The notes beneath the pieces were generated by a model. The model ran no database searches. It was not told where the DNA came from and saw only the letters and a list, made by a program, of their open reading frames with translations. Below, one piece after another: positions 9,126-17,316 of a stretch of 64,000 nt of DNA. Each line of letters opens with the position of its first letter. Positions within the stretch are counted from its first letter, which is position 1. This stretch comes from Candidatus Sumerlaeia bacterium (GTDB lineage: Bacteria; Sumerlaeota; Sumerlaeia; SLMS01; JANRJK01): the NCBI GenBank assembly GCA_033764015.1, contig JANRJK010000013.1:64001-128000 (forward strand). The letters run 5' to 3'. Both the position numbers and the translations under genes were made by a program.

Positions 9126-10712
9126 ATGGATACCGCGCCCCCACCCCCGCCCGACCGTAACCGCGCCTCCATCCGCTGGGCGTGGGCCGCCTTCTTCGCG
9201 GCGTTCGGTATTGTGCTGCTCTGGTTCCGCGAAGCGGACGGCGACATCTGGCACCAGCTCGCCATCGGCGCGCACTGGTGGCGCACCGGCGAGGTTCAGA
9301 AGCAGGAGGTCTTCGCCTTCACCGAGACGCTCCCGCAAGTCATCAACCACGAGTGGGGGGCGGGGGTCTGGAACTGGCTGCTCCTCCTGTGGAGCGGATC
9401 GGCGGCGCTGCTCGCGTGGAAGGTCGCCGCCGCGTTCGGCGCGCTCGCGGCCGTGCTGGTCGTGGCAAGGCGGGCCGGCGCGCCGCACGGAGCGCTCCTC
9501 GCCATCGCGCCGTTGGCGGCCCTCGGGCTGCTGCCCGGATTCGTCCCCGTCGTCCGGGCGCATGTGTGGACGTACCTCGGGTTCGCGCTGCTGCTGCTCC
9601 TGCTGGACACGATCCGGCGGACGCACTCCGACGCCCCGCCGCTCCGGCGATGGGGTCCCGTCGGGCTCGGCGTGCTGCTCATGCTTGTGTGGGCAAACTG
9701 CCACGGTGGTTTCGTTGCGGGGTTCGGGCTGCTCGGCGTCTACACCCTGGGCGCTTGGCGCGAACGCCACGTCTTCGTCCGCCTGCTGGCGCTTTCTGTC
9801 GGGTGCTTCGCGGCGACCTTTGTGAACCCATGGGGATGGGAGTACTGGCCGCACCACCTGATGGCGCTGCGGCACGGGCGCCCGATGATCGCCGAGTGGG
9901 CGCCGCTCGCCTTCGAGGCCAACTCCTTCGCGACGTACTGGGTGCTCCTTCCCGTCATCGCGGCGGTGCTGGCCCTAGGCCGGCGCGGCGTCGAGCGCCA
10001 CGACTGGCCCGCGTTGGCGATGCTGGCGATCACGCTGCTGCTGCCGTTCAGCGCGCGACGCCACGTGCCCTTCCCCGCGCTCATGGCGGTCGTCGCGCTG
10101 GCGCCCTACCTTGCCGCCATCGCCGCGCGTTGGAACGAGCGGCTCCCGGCACGCGGACTCCCCGCGTTGGCAGCGGCGCACACGCTCGCGGCGCTCCTCG
10201 CGCTGGCCTTCCTCGGGCCGCAACTCCGCGCGTCCGTCCGCGCGCCGGTGGGCCTGTTCCCCGTGCGCGAGGCGGATATCCTCGAACGCAGCGGCCTCGC
10301 CGGCAACGTCGTGACGCCGTTCGCCTGGGGCTGCTACCTCAAGTGGCGCCTGCATCCGGCGGTGAAGGTCTCGATGGACGGGCGCTACGAAGCCGCCTAC
10401 CCGGAGGCGTCGTTCCTTGCGAACCAGGCGTTCCTCAACAAGGAGGGCGCGGATTGGGCGGGGGTGGTCCGCCGCCACCGCATCGACTTCGTGGTGCTGG
10501 ATCTCGCGCAGGAACGGCTCCGGCCGGAGGATCTGGGTCCCCTCGGGTTCCGCCTAGTCTACGAGGATCCCGGTGTGTCGGCCCTGCTCGTGTCGGAGGC
10601 GCGGCTCGATGAGTTCGCAGCGGCGATGGCGGGGGTGGACTTGGCGGCGCTGCCGACGCGCGATCCGTTCGACACGTCGATCCCGGAGCGCTGGCCCGTC
10701 AACTACGACTAG
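9126..10712 (+). CDS. Polytopic membrane protein, GT-C-fold glycosyltransferase-like
   Basis: About 10-12 TM segments. Acidic DGDIWHQL follows TM1, then NHEW, WANCHGGF, NPWG and a C-terminal soluble domain with DGRYE. The GT-C call is inference. Confidence 0.55.
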   Translation: MDTAPPPPPDRNRASIRWAWAAFFAAFGIVLLWFREADGDIWHQLAIGAHWWRTGEVQKQEVFAFTETLPQVINHEWGAGVWNWLLLLWSGSAALLAWKVAAAFGALAAVLVVARRAGAPHGALLAIAPLAALGLLPGFVPVVRAHVWTYLGFALLLLLLDTIRRTHSDAPPLRRWGPVGLGVLLMLVWANCHGGFVAGFGLLGVYTLGAWRERHVFVRLLALSVGCFAATFVNPWGWEYWPHHLMALRHGRPMIAEWAPLAFEANSFATYWVLLPVIAAVLALGRRGVERHDWPALAMLAITLLLPFSARRHVPFPALMAVVALAPYLAAIAARWNERLPARGLPALAAAHTLAALLALAFLGPQLRASVRAPVGLFPVREADILERSGLAGNVVTPFAWGCYLKWRLHPAVKVSMDGRYEAAYPEASFLANQAFLNKEGADWAGVVRRHRIDFVVLDLAQERLRPEDLGPLGFRLVYEDPGVSALLVSEARLDEFAAAMAGVDLAALPTRDPFDTSIPERWPVNYD

Positions 10713-10714
10713 CG

Positions 10715-10748
10715 AAAAGAAGCGGGGGAGGCCTCGCGGCCTCCCCCG
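10715..10748 (-). terminator. Rho-independent terminator for pilin 1, possibly bidirectional
   Basis: 11-bp stem CGGGGGAGGCC/GGCCTCCCCCG followed by CTTCTTTT on the minus strand. Confidence 0.75.
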
Positions 10749-10784
10749 GGAACTACACTGTAGCGTGCGGCTCACGCCGCTCGC

Positions 10785-11145
10785 ATCAGTTCGGGAAGGT
10801 GTGGGGGAACTGGGCCTGGCCGGAGAGCGAGCAGGTCGGGAGCGTGTCCATCGGGTTCACGACGTAGGCGCCGCCGCCCGGGCAGGTCGGGGCGCGACGC
10901 ACGTACAGCGTCTCAGCGTAAAGCTGGGCGGTCGTCGGGGTGGCCGTCGGGCCCTGACGGGTCTCAAGCGCCCACTGCTGCTTGGCGCCGTCGATCTTCG
11001 TCAGGTTCTCCTGGCAGGCCTGCTGCTGGGAGATGAGGCGGGCGCGGAGGAAGCCCGGGACCGCGATCGCGATCAGGATGCCGATGATCGCCACGACGAT
11101 CATGATTTCAACGAGAGTGAAGCCCTTGCGCATCTTAGTGCTCCT
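10785..11145. repeat. 361-bp direct repeat, copy 1 (pilin 1 plus RBS)
   Basis: Matches 11929-12289. About 21 mismatches, 20 of them within 10845-10941. Confidence 0.9.
10786..11133 (-). CDS. Type IV pilin-like protein 1 (115 aa)
   Basis: Class III signal MRKG|FTLVE, hydrophobic helix, C-terminal cysteines. RBS AGGAG lies 7 nt upstream of the ATG. Confidence 0.9.
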   Translation of the reverse strand: MRKGFTLVEIMIVVAIIGILIAIAVPGFLRARLISQQQACQENLTKIDGAKQQWALETRQGPTATPTTAQLYAETLYVRRAPTCPGGGAYVVNPMDTLPTCSLSGQAQFPHTFPN

Positions 11146-11182
11146 GGGAGTAGGACTGATGTCCTTCGGATGGAAACCATGA

Positions 11183-11198
11183 TGCATTCGGAATGCCA
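11183..11198 (-). promoter_or_regulatory. Putative sigma54 promoter of pilin 1
   Basis: Minus strand TGGCATT-CCGA-ATGCA (GG-N10-GC). The -12 GC is about 51 nt from the ATG. Confidence 0.65.
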
Positions 11199-11360
11199 AC
11201 TTTCTTGGGGGGGGCAGTCGCCGAAATAGAGTTTTGAAGATAAATGACTTAGCGATTCTTCCGACAGCGGGGCGAATAGCTCCGGGCCCGATCCCGGTGG
11301 TGTATCAGCCGATTGCGTACCCATCCGCGGTGTAACCGCGTGCACAACTCGCCTCGCCCG

Positions 11361-11393
11361 AAAAGAAAATCCCCCGGAGACAATGTCCGGGGG
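11361..11393 (-). terminator. Terminator after pilin 2
   Basis: Stem CCCCCGGA/TCCGGGGG followed by ATTTTCTTTT on the minus strand. Confidence 0.7.
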
Positions 11394-11446
11394 TGGGTTG
11401 GGAACCGCGAAACGGCTGCAACGGCGATGTGGACCGTGGCTGGCGG

Positions 11447-11815
11447 TCAGATGTCGGGGAAAACGTGGGGGAAATCGGCGTTGGAGCTTTGCGAGCAGGT
11501 CGGGCGGGTTTGAAGGTCGCCTATCGTGTACGCGCCACCGGAGGGGCAGTTGGGGGCCGAACGGAGATACAGATCCATTCCGTACAGCTCGGCATCGGTC
11601 GGCGTCGCGGAGGGTCCCATCTTGTTCTCGAGGGCCCACTGCTCCTTCGCGCCGTCGATCTTGGTCAGGTTTTCCTGGCAGATCTGCTGCTGGCTGAGCT
11701 GGCGCTGCCGGAACCAGCCTGGGAGGGCGATGGCGATAACGATGCCGATGATCCCCACGACGATCATGATCTCAAGCATCGTAAAGCCGCGCGAGGTGCG
11801 GGAGAGGTTACGCAT
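11447..11815 (-). CDS. Type IV pilin-like protein 2 (122 aa, diverged paralogue)
   Basis: SRG|FTMLE cleavage motif. Shares CQENLTKIDGAK, WALE, CPSGGAY and PTCS with pilins 1 and 3. Confidence 0.9.
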   Translation of the reverse strand: MRNLSRTSRGFTMLEIMIVVGIIGIVIAIALPGWFRQRQLSQQQICQENLTKIDGAKEQWALENKMGPSATPTDAELYGMDLYLRSAPNCPSGGAYTIGDLQTRPTCSQSSNADFPHVFPDI

Positions 11816-11845
11816 GGCCGGGGGGAGTCGCTCGCGGGGGATGGT

Positions 11846-11890
11846 GAAAAGGAGACGGCGCGGAGGAGCGTTGTGAGCCCCTCCGCGCCG
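11846..11890 (-). terminator. Hairpin between pilin 3 and pilin 2 (terminator or attenuator)
   Basis: Stem CGGCGCGGAGG/CCTCCGCGCCG followed by TCTCCTTTT on the minus strand. Confidence 0.55.
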
Positions 11891-11928
11891 GGGTATTAAG
11901 CAATCAAGCTACGCGGAGGCGGAGCTGG

Positions 11929-12289
11929 ATCAGTTCGGGAAGGTGTGGGGGAACTGGGCCTGGCCGGAGAGCGAGCAGGTCGGGAGCGCATCCATCTGGT
12001 TGATCGTGTACGCGCCGCCGCCCGGGCAGGTCGGCTCGCGACGGACGTACAGCGTCTCGGCGTACAGGTTGGCCGAGGTCGGGGAGGCCGTCGGGCCCTG
12101 ACGGGTCTCAAGCGCCCACTGCTGCTTGGCGCCGTCGATCTTCGTCAGGTTCTCCTGGCAGGCCTGCTGCTGGGAGATGAGGCGGGCGCGAAGGAAGCCC
12201 GGGACCGCGATCGCGATCAGGATGCCGATGATCGCCACGACGATCATGATTTCAACGAGAGTGAAGCCCTTGCGCATCTTAGTGCTCCT
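11929..12289. repeat. 361-bp direct repeat, copy 2 (pilin 3 plus RBS)
   Basis: Matches 10785-11145 at an offset of 1144 bp. Confidence 0.9.
11930..12277 (-). CDS. Type IV pilin-like protein 3 (115 aa)
   Basis: MRKG|FTLVE. 107 of 115 aa are identical to pilin 1. Confidence 0.9.
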   Translation of the reverse strand: MRKGFTLVEIMIVVAIIGILIAIAVPGFLRARLISQQQACQENLTKIDGAKQQWALETRQGPTASPTSANLYAETLYVRREPTCPGGGAYTINQMDALPTCSLSGQAQFPHTFPN

Positions 12290-12327
12290 TAGAAACGTGT
12301 TTGTTGTCCTGCGGACCCCCCATCAGT

Positions 12328-12343
12328 GGCAGGCTACGTGCCA
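12328..12343 (-). promoter_or_regulatory. Putative sigma54 promoter of pilin 3
   Basis: Minus strand TGGCACG-TAGC-CTGCC (GG-N10-GC). The -12 GC is about 52 nt from the ATG. Confidence 0.65.
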
Positions 12344-12497
12344 TTCTTCACGGATGACTCGCAGGGGCGGAAAAATCTTGTCGAGTATCTGAAATAATTG
12401 ACGTTGATTGAAGGCTCGATCTCCTCGATCGGAAGGACCGGTTGGGCGGGGACGAGCAACGGGAAGGCGATTACCCAAGTTGGGTGAACCACGCTTC

Positions 12498-13727
12498 TCA
12501 ATCGGAGGAGGATTCCGGCTCAACCACCACCACGCATGGGTCGAGCAGATAGCGGTTCGCCACCCGCATCACGTCGCGGCTGGTCACGGCCTTCACCTGC
12601 TCCAGGTAGCTAAGGTGGAACTCCGCCGGGTACCCGTACAGCAGGTGCGCGGCGGCCACGCCGGCGCGGTCGCGATTCGTCTCCATGGCACGCAGGTAGT
12701 TCCCGGTCAGGTAGTTCCGCGCCCGGTCGAGGTCCTCTTCGCCGACCACTTCCTCGCGCAGGCGCACGGTGTGCTCCCAGAGGCCCTTCTCCGCCTCCTC
12801 CAGCGTCTGCGGGCGAGTGCCGATGTACGTGTAGAAGTAGCCGTGGAGCTGCTGGAAGACCGTCGAGCAGCCCACCGCGTAGGCGAGCCCCCGCCGGTCG
12901 CGCAGGTCGGTGAACAGGCGGCTGCTCATCCCGCCTCCGAGGATGTTCGCGGCGACCGCCAAGGGCGCCGCGTCGGCGTCGCCGAAGCCTGGCGCCACGA
13001 ACCCCATGGCGGCGAAGCCCTGCTGGACCGCGCGGCGGAGGACTTGCCGCGAGGCCCGCGGCGCGAGGGCCACCTCGGCCCGGATCGCCGGGCGGCGCGC
13101 CCGGCCCTCCGACAGCGGGAAGTGCCGCAGCGCCAAGTCCCGCGCCTCGCCCAGCCCGATGTCGCCCACGATCGCGATGGTCCCCGCCGTCGTCAGAAGG
13201 TGGTCCCGGTGCCGGAGCGCGAGATCGCGCTGGCCCAGCTCGCGGACGGTCTCCTCCTCGCCTTCGGCGGGGCGGCCGTAGGCGTGCGGGAGGAAGAGCG
13301 CCGCGCGCAGCCGCTTCATCGCGAACGCCGGCGTGCGGTCCTCGCGCGCCTTCAGATCGGCGATGACGCGGGGCTTCAGCCGGTCGATCTCGTCCCAGGG
13401 GAACGTGGCGCCGAGGAACAGTTCGCCGGCCAGCGCGAGCGCGGCGGGGAAGTCCTCGCGCAGCGCCTGCACCGAGAGGCCCGTCGCGTCGAGCCCCGCC
13501 GCGGCGCCGTAAACCGCGCCGAGGTCCTCGAACGCCTCGGCGATGGCGGACGCGCCCCGCGAGGCGGTCCCGCGGTCGAGCATCTTCGCCATGAAGGAGG
13601 TGAGCCCCAGCTGTCGCGCGTCCTCGTCCCGGGCGCCGGCGCCGACCAGCAGGGAGCACGCGACGGAGGGCGCCGCCCTGTTCTCCTCGTGGTGCAGGAG
13701 GAATCCGTTGGGGAGAAGTTCGGCCAT
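12498..13727 (-). CDS. M16 family peptidase, non-catalytic subunit, cytoplasmic
   Basis: No HxxEH motif. Has GLTSFMAKMLDRGT, HAYGRP and LGGGMSSRLFTDLRDRRGLAY. No signal peptide. Confidence 0.85.
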   Translation of the reverse strand: MAELLPNGFLLHHEENRAAPSVACSLLVGAGARDEDARQLGLTSFMAKMLDRGTASRGASAIAEAFEDLGAVYGAAAGLDATGLSVQALREDFPAALALAGELFLGATFPWDEIDRLKPRVIADLKAREDRTPAFAMKRLRAALFLPHAYGRPAEGEEETVRELGQRDLALRHRDHLLTTAGTIAIVGDIGLGEARDLALRHFPLSEGRARRPAIRAEVALAPRASRQVLRRAVQQGFAAMGFVAPGFGDADAAPLAVAANILGGGMSSRLFTDLRDRRGLAYAVGCSTVFQQLHGYFYTYIGTRPQTLEEAEKGLWEHTVRLREEVVGEEDLDRARNYLTGNYLRAMETNRDRAGVAAAHLLYGYPAEFHLSYLEQVKAVTSRDVMRVANRYLLDPCVVVVEPESSSD

Positions 13728-13766
13728 GGATGCGGTCGCCTCGGCGTTCGATGGAGGAAGTGCGGT

Positions 13767-15011
13767 TCAGGCGTCCGGCGGGGCTTCCGGTCCGGTGGTG
13801 AAGACGCTGGCGGCCTCCCGGCGGAAGACGGCGCCGATTTGCGCAAGGACCGCTTCCGGCGGGCAAGCGCGCAGCGCCTCCGCGTAGCGCGCGAAGCCGT
13901 CGTCGTTGCCGTAAAGCACTCGGGAGTGGCCGATGATCGACGCGGTGGCGGAGTTCGTCTCGCGCGCGAGCAGGTGCGAGGTGGCCAGGGTGCGGCGCGC
14001 GCGGCCCAGCTCGCCGGGGCGGAAGCCGTCCCGGAGCAGCGCGGCCACCTCCTCGAACGCGCCGTCGAGCGCCGCTCCGAAGTTCTTCGCCGCGCAGCGC
14101 CCGCCGATGTACGCGAGCGACGGCTCGCGGTTCGTCGGCACCCAGGCGCTGATGGAGGACACAAGGCGGTCCTGCTCCCGCAGACGCGCGACGAGGCGGG
14201 TCGTGCGGCTCGAGCCGAGGACCGTCCCCGCGAGGTCCGCCGCGGCTTCCTCCTCGACCGTGCGAACCGCGGGTGCGGGGAAGGTGAGCGCGAAGTAGAG
14301 GTCGCTCCAGGGGCGCTCGTAGTGCCGCCGCGCGGGCTGGGTGAAGTCGCTGGCGGGCGCCGCCGTCCGGTGCGGGCGGAGCGGCCGCGACCAGCCGCCG
14401 AACGCCTCCTCGACCGAGGCGAGCGCCGAGCCGCGATCGAACGCCCCGGCGAGCACCAGGGTGGTGTTCTCCGGCGCGTAGAAGCGTTCGTAGTGGTCCG
14501 CGAGCTGGTCCCGCGTGAGCGCGGCGACCGACTCCTCGAAGCCGATCACGGGGTGGCTGTAGGCGCCCGCCCGCATCGCCTCGGTCCGCACCTTGTCGTA
14601 GAGGAAGCCCGTCGGGTCGTCGTTCTTGCGGGCGATCTCCTCCAGGATCACCTTCCGCTCCGAGTCCACCTCGTGCGGCGTGATGGAGGAGTTGCGAAGC
14701 ACGTCGGCGAAATCGTCGAGCCCCCTGCGGAGCCCCTCGCTCGGTAGCTCGATGTAATAGTGCGTGTAGTCGAAACTGGTGGCGGCGTTCAGGTAGCCGC
14801 CGAGCGCCTCGATCCGGCGGTCGTACTCGCCGGGGCCGAGGTGCGCGGTGCCCTTGAACAGCATGTGCTCCAGGTAGTGCGACACCCCCGCCAGGTGCCG
14901 GGGCTCATCGCCCGCGCCCACGCGGAACCAGGCGTCCGCGGTGACGAGCGGAAGGGCCGGGTTCGGGACAAGGACGACGGTGAGGTTGTTGCCGAGCCGG
15001 TGGACCGTCAC
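13767..15011 (-). CDS. M16 family zinc peptidase, catalytic subunit, cytoplasmic
   Basis: Motifs GVSHYLEHMLFKGT, NAATSFDYTHY, ERKVILEE. GTGA overlap with the upstream gene. Confidence 0.9.
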   Translation of the reverse strand: MTVHRLGNNLTVVLVPNPALPLVTADAWFRVGAGDEPRHLAGVSHYLEHMLFKGTAHLGPGEYDRRIEALGGYLNAATSFDYTHYYIELPSEGLRRGLDDFADVLRNSSITPHEVDSERKVILEEIARKNDDPTGFLYDKVRTEAMRAGAYSHPVIGFEESVAALTRDQLADHYERFYAPENTTLVLAGAFDRGSALASVEEAFGGWSRPLRPHRTAAPASDFTQPARRHYERPWSDLYFALTFPAPAVRTVEEEAAADLAGTVLGSSRTTRLVARLREQDRLVSSISAWVPTNREPSLAYIGGRCAAKNFGAALDGAFEEVAALLRDGFRPGELGRARRTLATSHLLARETNSATASIIGHSRVLYGNDDGFARYAEALRACPPEAVLAQIGAVFRREAASVFTTGPEAPPDA

Positions 15012-16318
15012 CGATGGTGGCCGTTGCCGTTTCCGTTGCCGTTGTGGTGGCCGTTCGAGTGGCCGTTGGAGTGGCCGTTCAGGATGTGCGGCTCGCTGGG
15101 CGGGCCGATGATGCCCAGCTCGCGTCCCGCGCGCTCCATGATGTCGAGCGCGCGCTCGAGCTGCGGGCGCGTGTGCGAGGCCATGACGCTAACGCGCATC
15201 AGGCATCGCGTCGACGGCGTCGCCGGCGGCACCACGGGGTTCACGAAGAGCCCCTCGTCGTGGAGGCGGCGCCACATGGCGAAGCAGCGTTCGAGCTCGC
15301 CCACGGCGACCGGGATGATCGGCGTCGCGGAGGCGCCGATGTCGAAGCCGAGGTTCCTGAGGCCGTCCTGCATGAAGCGCGTGTTCTCCCAGAGGCGGAT
15401 GCGGTGCTCCGGCTCCGTCTCGAGGATTTCGAGCGCCTTGATCGCCGCCGCCACGCAGGCGGGGGCGGGGGAGGCCGAGAAGATCAGGGCCCGCGCGTGG
15501 TGCTTCAGGTAGTCGATGGTGTTCGAGTCGCCCACGACGAAGCCGCCGATGGACGCGAGCGACTTCGAGAAGGTGCCGCCGATGAGCGCCACCTCGTCGT
15601 CGAGGCCGAAATGGTTCGCGGTGCCGTTGCCCTTCGAGCCGAGCACGCCGATCGAGTGCGCGTCGTCCACCATGATCGCGGCGTCGTGGCGCTTGGCCAC
15701 TTCGACCAGCTCGGGGAGCGGGCAGATGTCGCCCTCCATCGAGTAGACGCCGTCCACCACGATCAGCTTCCCCTTGGCGTCGCTCGCGCCGAGCAGGCGG
15801 TCCAGGTGTGCCATGTTGTTGTGGTGGAACTTCATCACGCGCCCGAATCCGAGGCGCGTGCCGTCGAGGATCGAGGCGTGGTCCGCGCGGTCGATGAACA
15901 CCGCGTCGTCCCGCCCGGCGAGGGCGGCGATGACGCCGAGGTTCACCTGGAAGCCCGTCGTGAAGACGAGGGCCGCCTCCTTATTCATGAAGCGCGCGAT
16001 GCGCTCCTCCAGCTCGATGTGGATATCGAGCGTGCCGTTCAGGAATCGGGATCCGGCGCATCCGCTGCCGTAAAGGTCGACGGCCGCCTTCGCCGCTTCC
16101 TTGATGCGCGGGTCGATCGTCAAGCCGAGGTAGGAGTTGGAACCGAGCATCAGCATCGTGCGGCCGTCGATCACGACTTCCGTGTCCTGGGCCGACTCGA
16201 TGGTGCGGAAATACGGATAGAGGCCAACGGCGCGAAGCTCATCGGCGCGCGTGAAATCGCGGCACTTGTCGAAGAGGGAAGCGCTCGCGGCGGATTTGTG
16301 GCGCGGCATCGCGGTCAT
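15008..16318 (-). CDS. spt: PLP-dependent alpha-oxoamine synthase, likely serine palmitoyltransferase
   Basis: Motifs YPYFRTIES, GSNSYLGLT, GCAGSRFLNGTLDIH, GFQVNLG, DHASI, GTFSKSLA, IFSAS, VNPVVPPA match Bacteroidota-type Spt from memory. Confidence 0.75.
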   Translation of the reverse strand: MTAMPRHKSAASASLFDKCRDFTRADELRAVGLYPYFRTIESAQDTEVVIDGRTMLMLGSNSYLGLTIDPRIKEAAKAAVDLYGSGCAGSRFLNGTLDIHIELEERIARFMNKEAALVFTTGFQVNLGVIAALAGRDDAVFIDRADHASILDGTRLGFGRVMKFHHNNMAHLDRLLGASDAKGKLIVVDGVYSMEGDICPLPELVEVAKRHDAAIMVDDAHSIGVLGSKGNGTANHFGLDDEVALIGGTFSKSLASIGGFVVGDSNTIDYLKHHARALIFSASPAPACVAAAIKALEILETEPEHRIRLWENTRFMQDGLRNLGFDIGASATPIIPVAVGELERCFAMWRRLHDEGLFVNPVVPPATPSTRCLMRVSVMASHTRPQLERALDIMERAGRELGIIGPPSEPHILNGHSNGHSNGHHNGNGNGNGHHR

Positions 16319-16543
16319 GGTCTCTGGTCCACCTTTCATGAGGGTTTTTAAAAGCCCCCGGCCTTGCAAGAAACGGCGCTAAATCGACGCCGTTCAACCA
16401 ACTGGCACAAGGGCAGACCCGCCCCGTTCACAAAGGCAACGGAATAGCGGCACCCCCTCGCCACAATAAAGCCTATCACTCGGGCGCCCGGACTTCGCCC
16501 GGAAATCGAAGAAACTCCGCCATTTCCGGACAAGCCGACGGAA

Positions 16544-16559
16544 GGGCACGGCCCTCGCT
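16544..16559 (+). promoter_or_regulatory. Possible sigma54 promoter of the SOUL gene
   Basis: GGGCACG-GCCC-TCGCT (GG-N10-GC), about 50 nt before the ATG. Confidence 0.4.
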
Positions 16560-16608
16560 CCAACGCTACCAACAGCCTCACCGCCCCACTCAGGAAAGCC
16601 CCCGCCCA

Positions 16609-17304
16609 ATGAAGATGCCTCTCCGCGTTTCAACCCTGTTGATCACCGCAGCCACGATGGGGTGCGCCTTAGCCGGCGGACTGGTCGGAGCCCGCTCCGC
16701 CTACGAGGAGCCCGCCCACGAAGTCCTCGCCGCCCCTGCCGAGCGTGTCCAGATCCGCCGCTACGAGCCTCGAATCGTCGCGGAGGTCACCGTCGACGCG
16801 GCCACCGCGAAGCGCGGCGAGAACGACGCGTTCGGGTACCTGTTCCGCTACATCAGCGGCGCCAATCGCGAGCGCCGCGAGGTCTCCATGACCGTTCCCG
16901 TGGAGGTCCGCGAGGAGTCCGCATCCCGGAAGATCGACATGACGACTCCGGTCGAGGTGATGGGCGACCGGGCGGGCAGCTACACCATGCGCTTCTTCCT
17001 CCCCGCCGAGTTCACGATGGAGACGGCGCCCGAGCCCACCGATCCGAAGGTCCGCCTGGTGGAGCTGCCCGGCGAGACCGTCGCGACGCTCCGCTTCGCC
17101 GGCGTCGCATCGGAGCGCGATGTGGAAACCCGCAAGGCCGAGCTGCTCAAGTCGATCGAAGGCAGCGGTTGGCGTCCCGAGGGCGAGCCGACGGTCTACT
17201 ACTACGATCCCCCGTTCACGCCCGGGATGTTCCGCCGCAACGAGGTGCTTGTGAAGGTGGCGGAAGAGCCCAAGGCGGACGCCGCGGCGGCCGCGACCGA
17301 GTAG
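16609..17304 (+). CDS. SOUL haem-binding family protein, exported
   Basis: Motifs IRRYEP, AFGYLFRYISGAN, KIDMTTPV, MRFFLP, YDPPFTP..RRNEV, plus an N-terminal hydrophobic segment. Confidence 0.88.
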   Translation: MKMPLRVSTLLITAATMGCALAGGLVGARSAYEEPAHEVLAAPAERVQIRRYEPRIVAEVTVDAATAKRGENDAFGYLFRYISGANRERREVSMTVPVEVREESASRKIDMTTPVEVMGDRAGSYTMRFFLPAEFTMETAPEPTDPKVRLVELPGETVATLRFAGVASERDVETRKAELLKSIEGSGWRPEGEPTVYYYDPPFTPGMFRRNEVLVKVAEEPKADAAAAATE

Positions 17305-17316
17305 CGCCAGCGGCCC

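Noticed and set aside
11890..11925. Separate sigma54 promoter for pilin 2
   Set aside because: TTGCT is present but there is no GG at the required N10 spacing.
10845..12085. Pilin 1/3 variable block as a diversity-generating retroelement TR/VR pair
   Set aside because: Mismatches involve all four bases and are not adenine-specific on either strand. Both copies are intact genes, and no reverse transcriptase is in the window.
11220..12420. IHF boxes upstream of the pilin promoters
   Set aside because: AT-rich tracts at about 11225-11252 and 12390-12412 only partly match WATCAANNNNTTR, too weakly to call.
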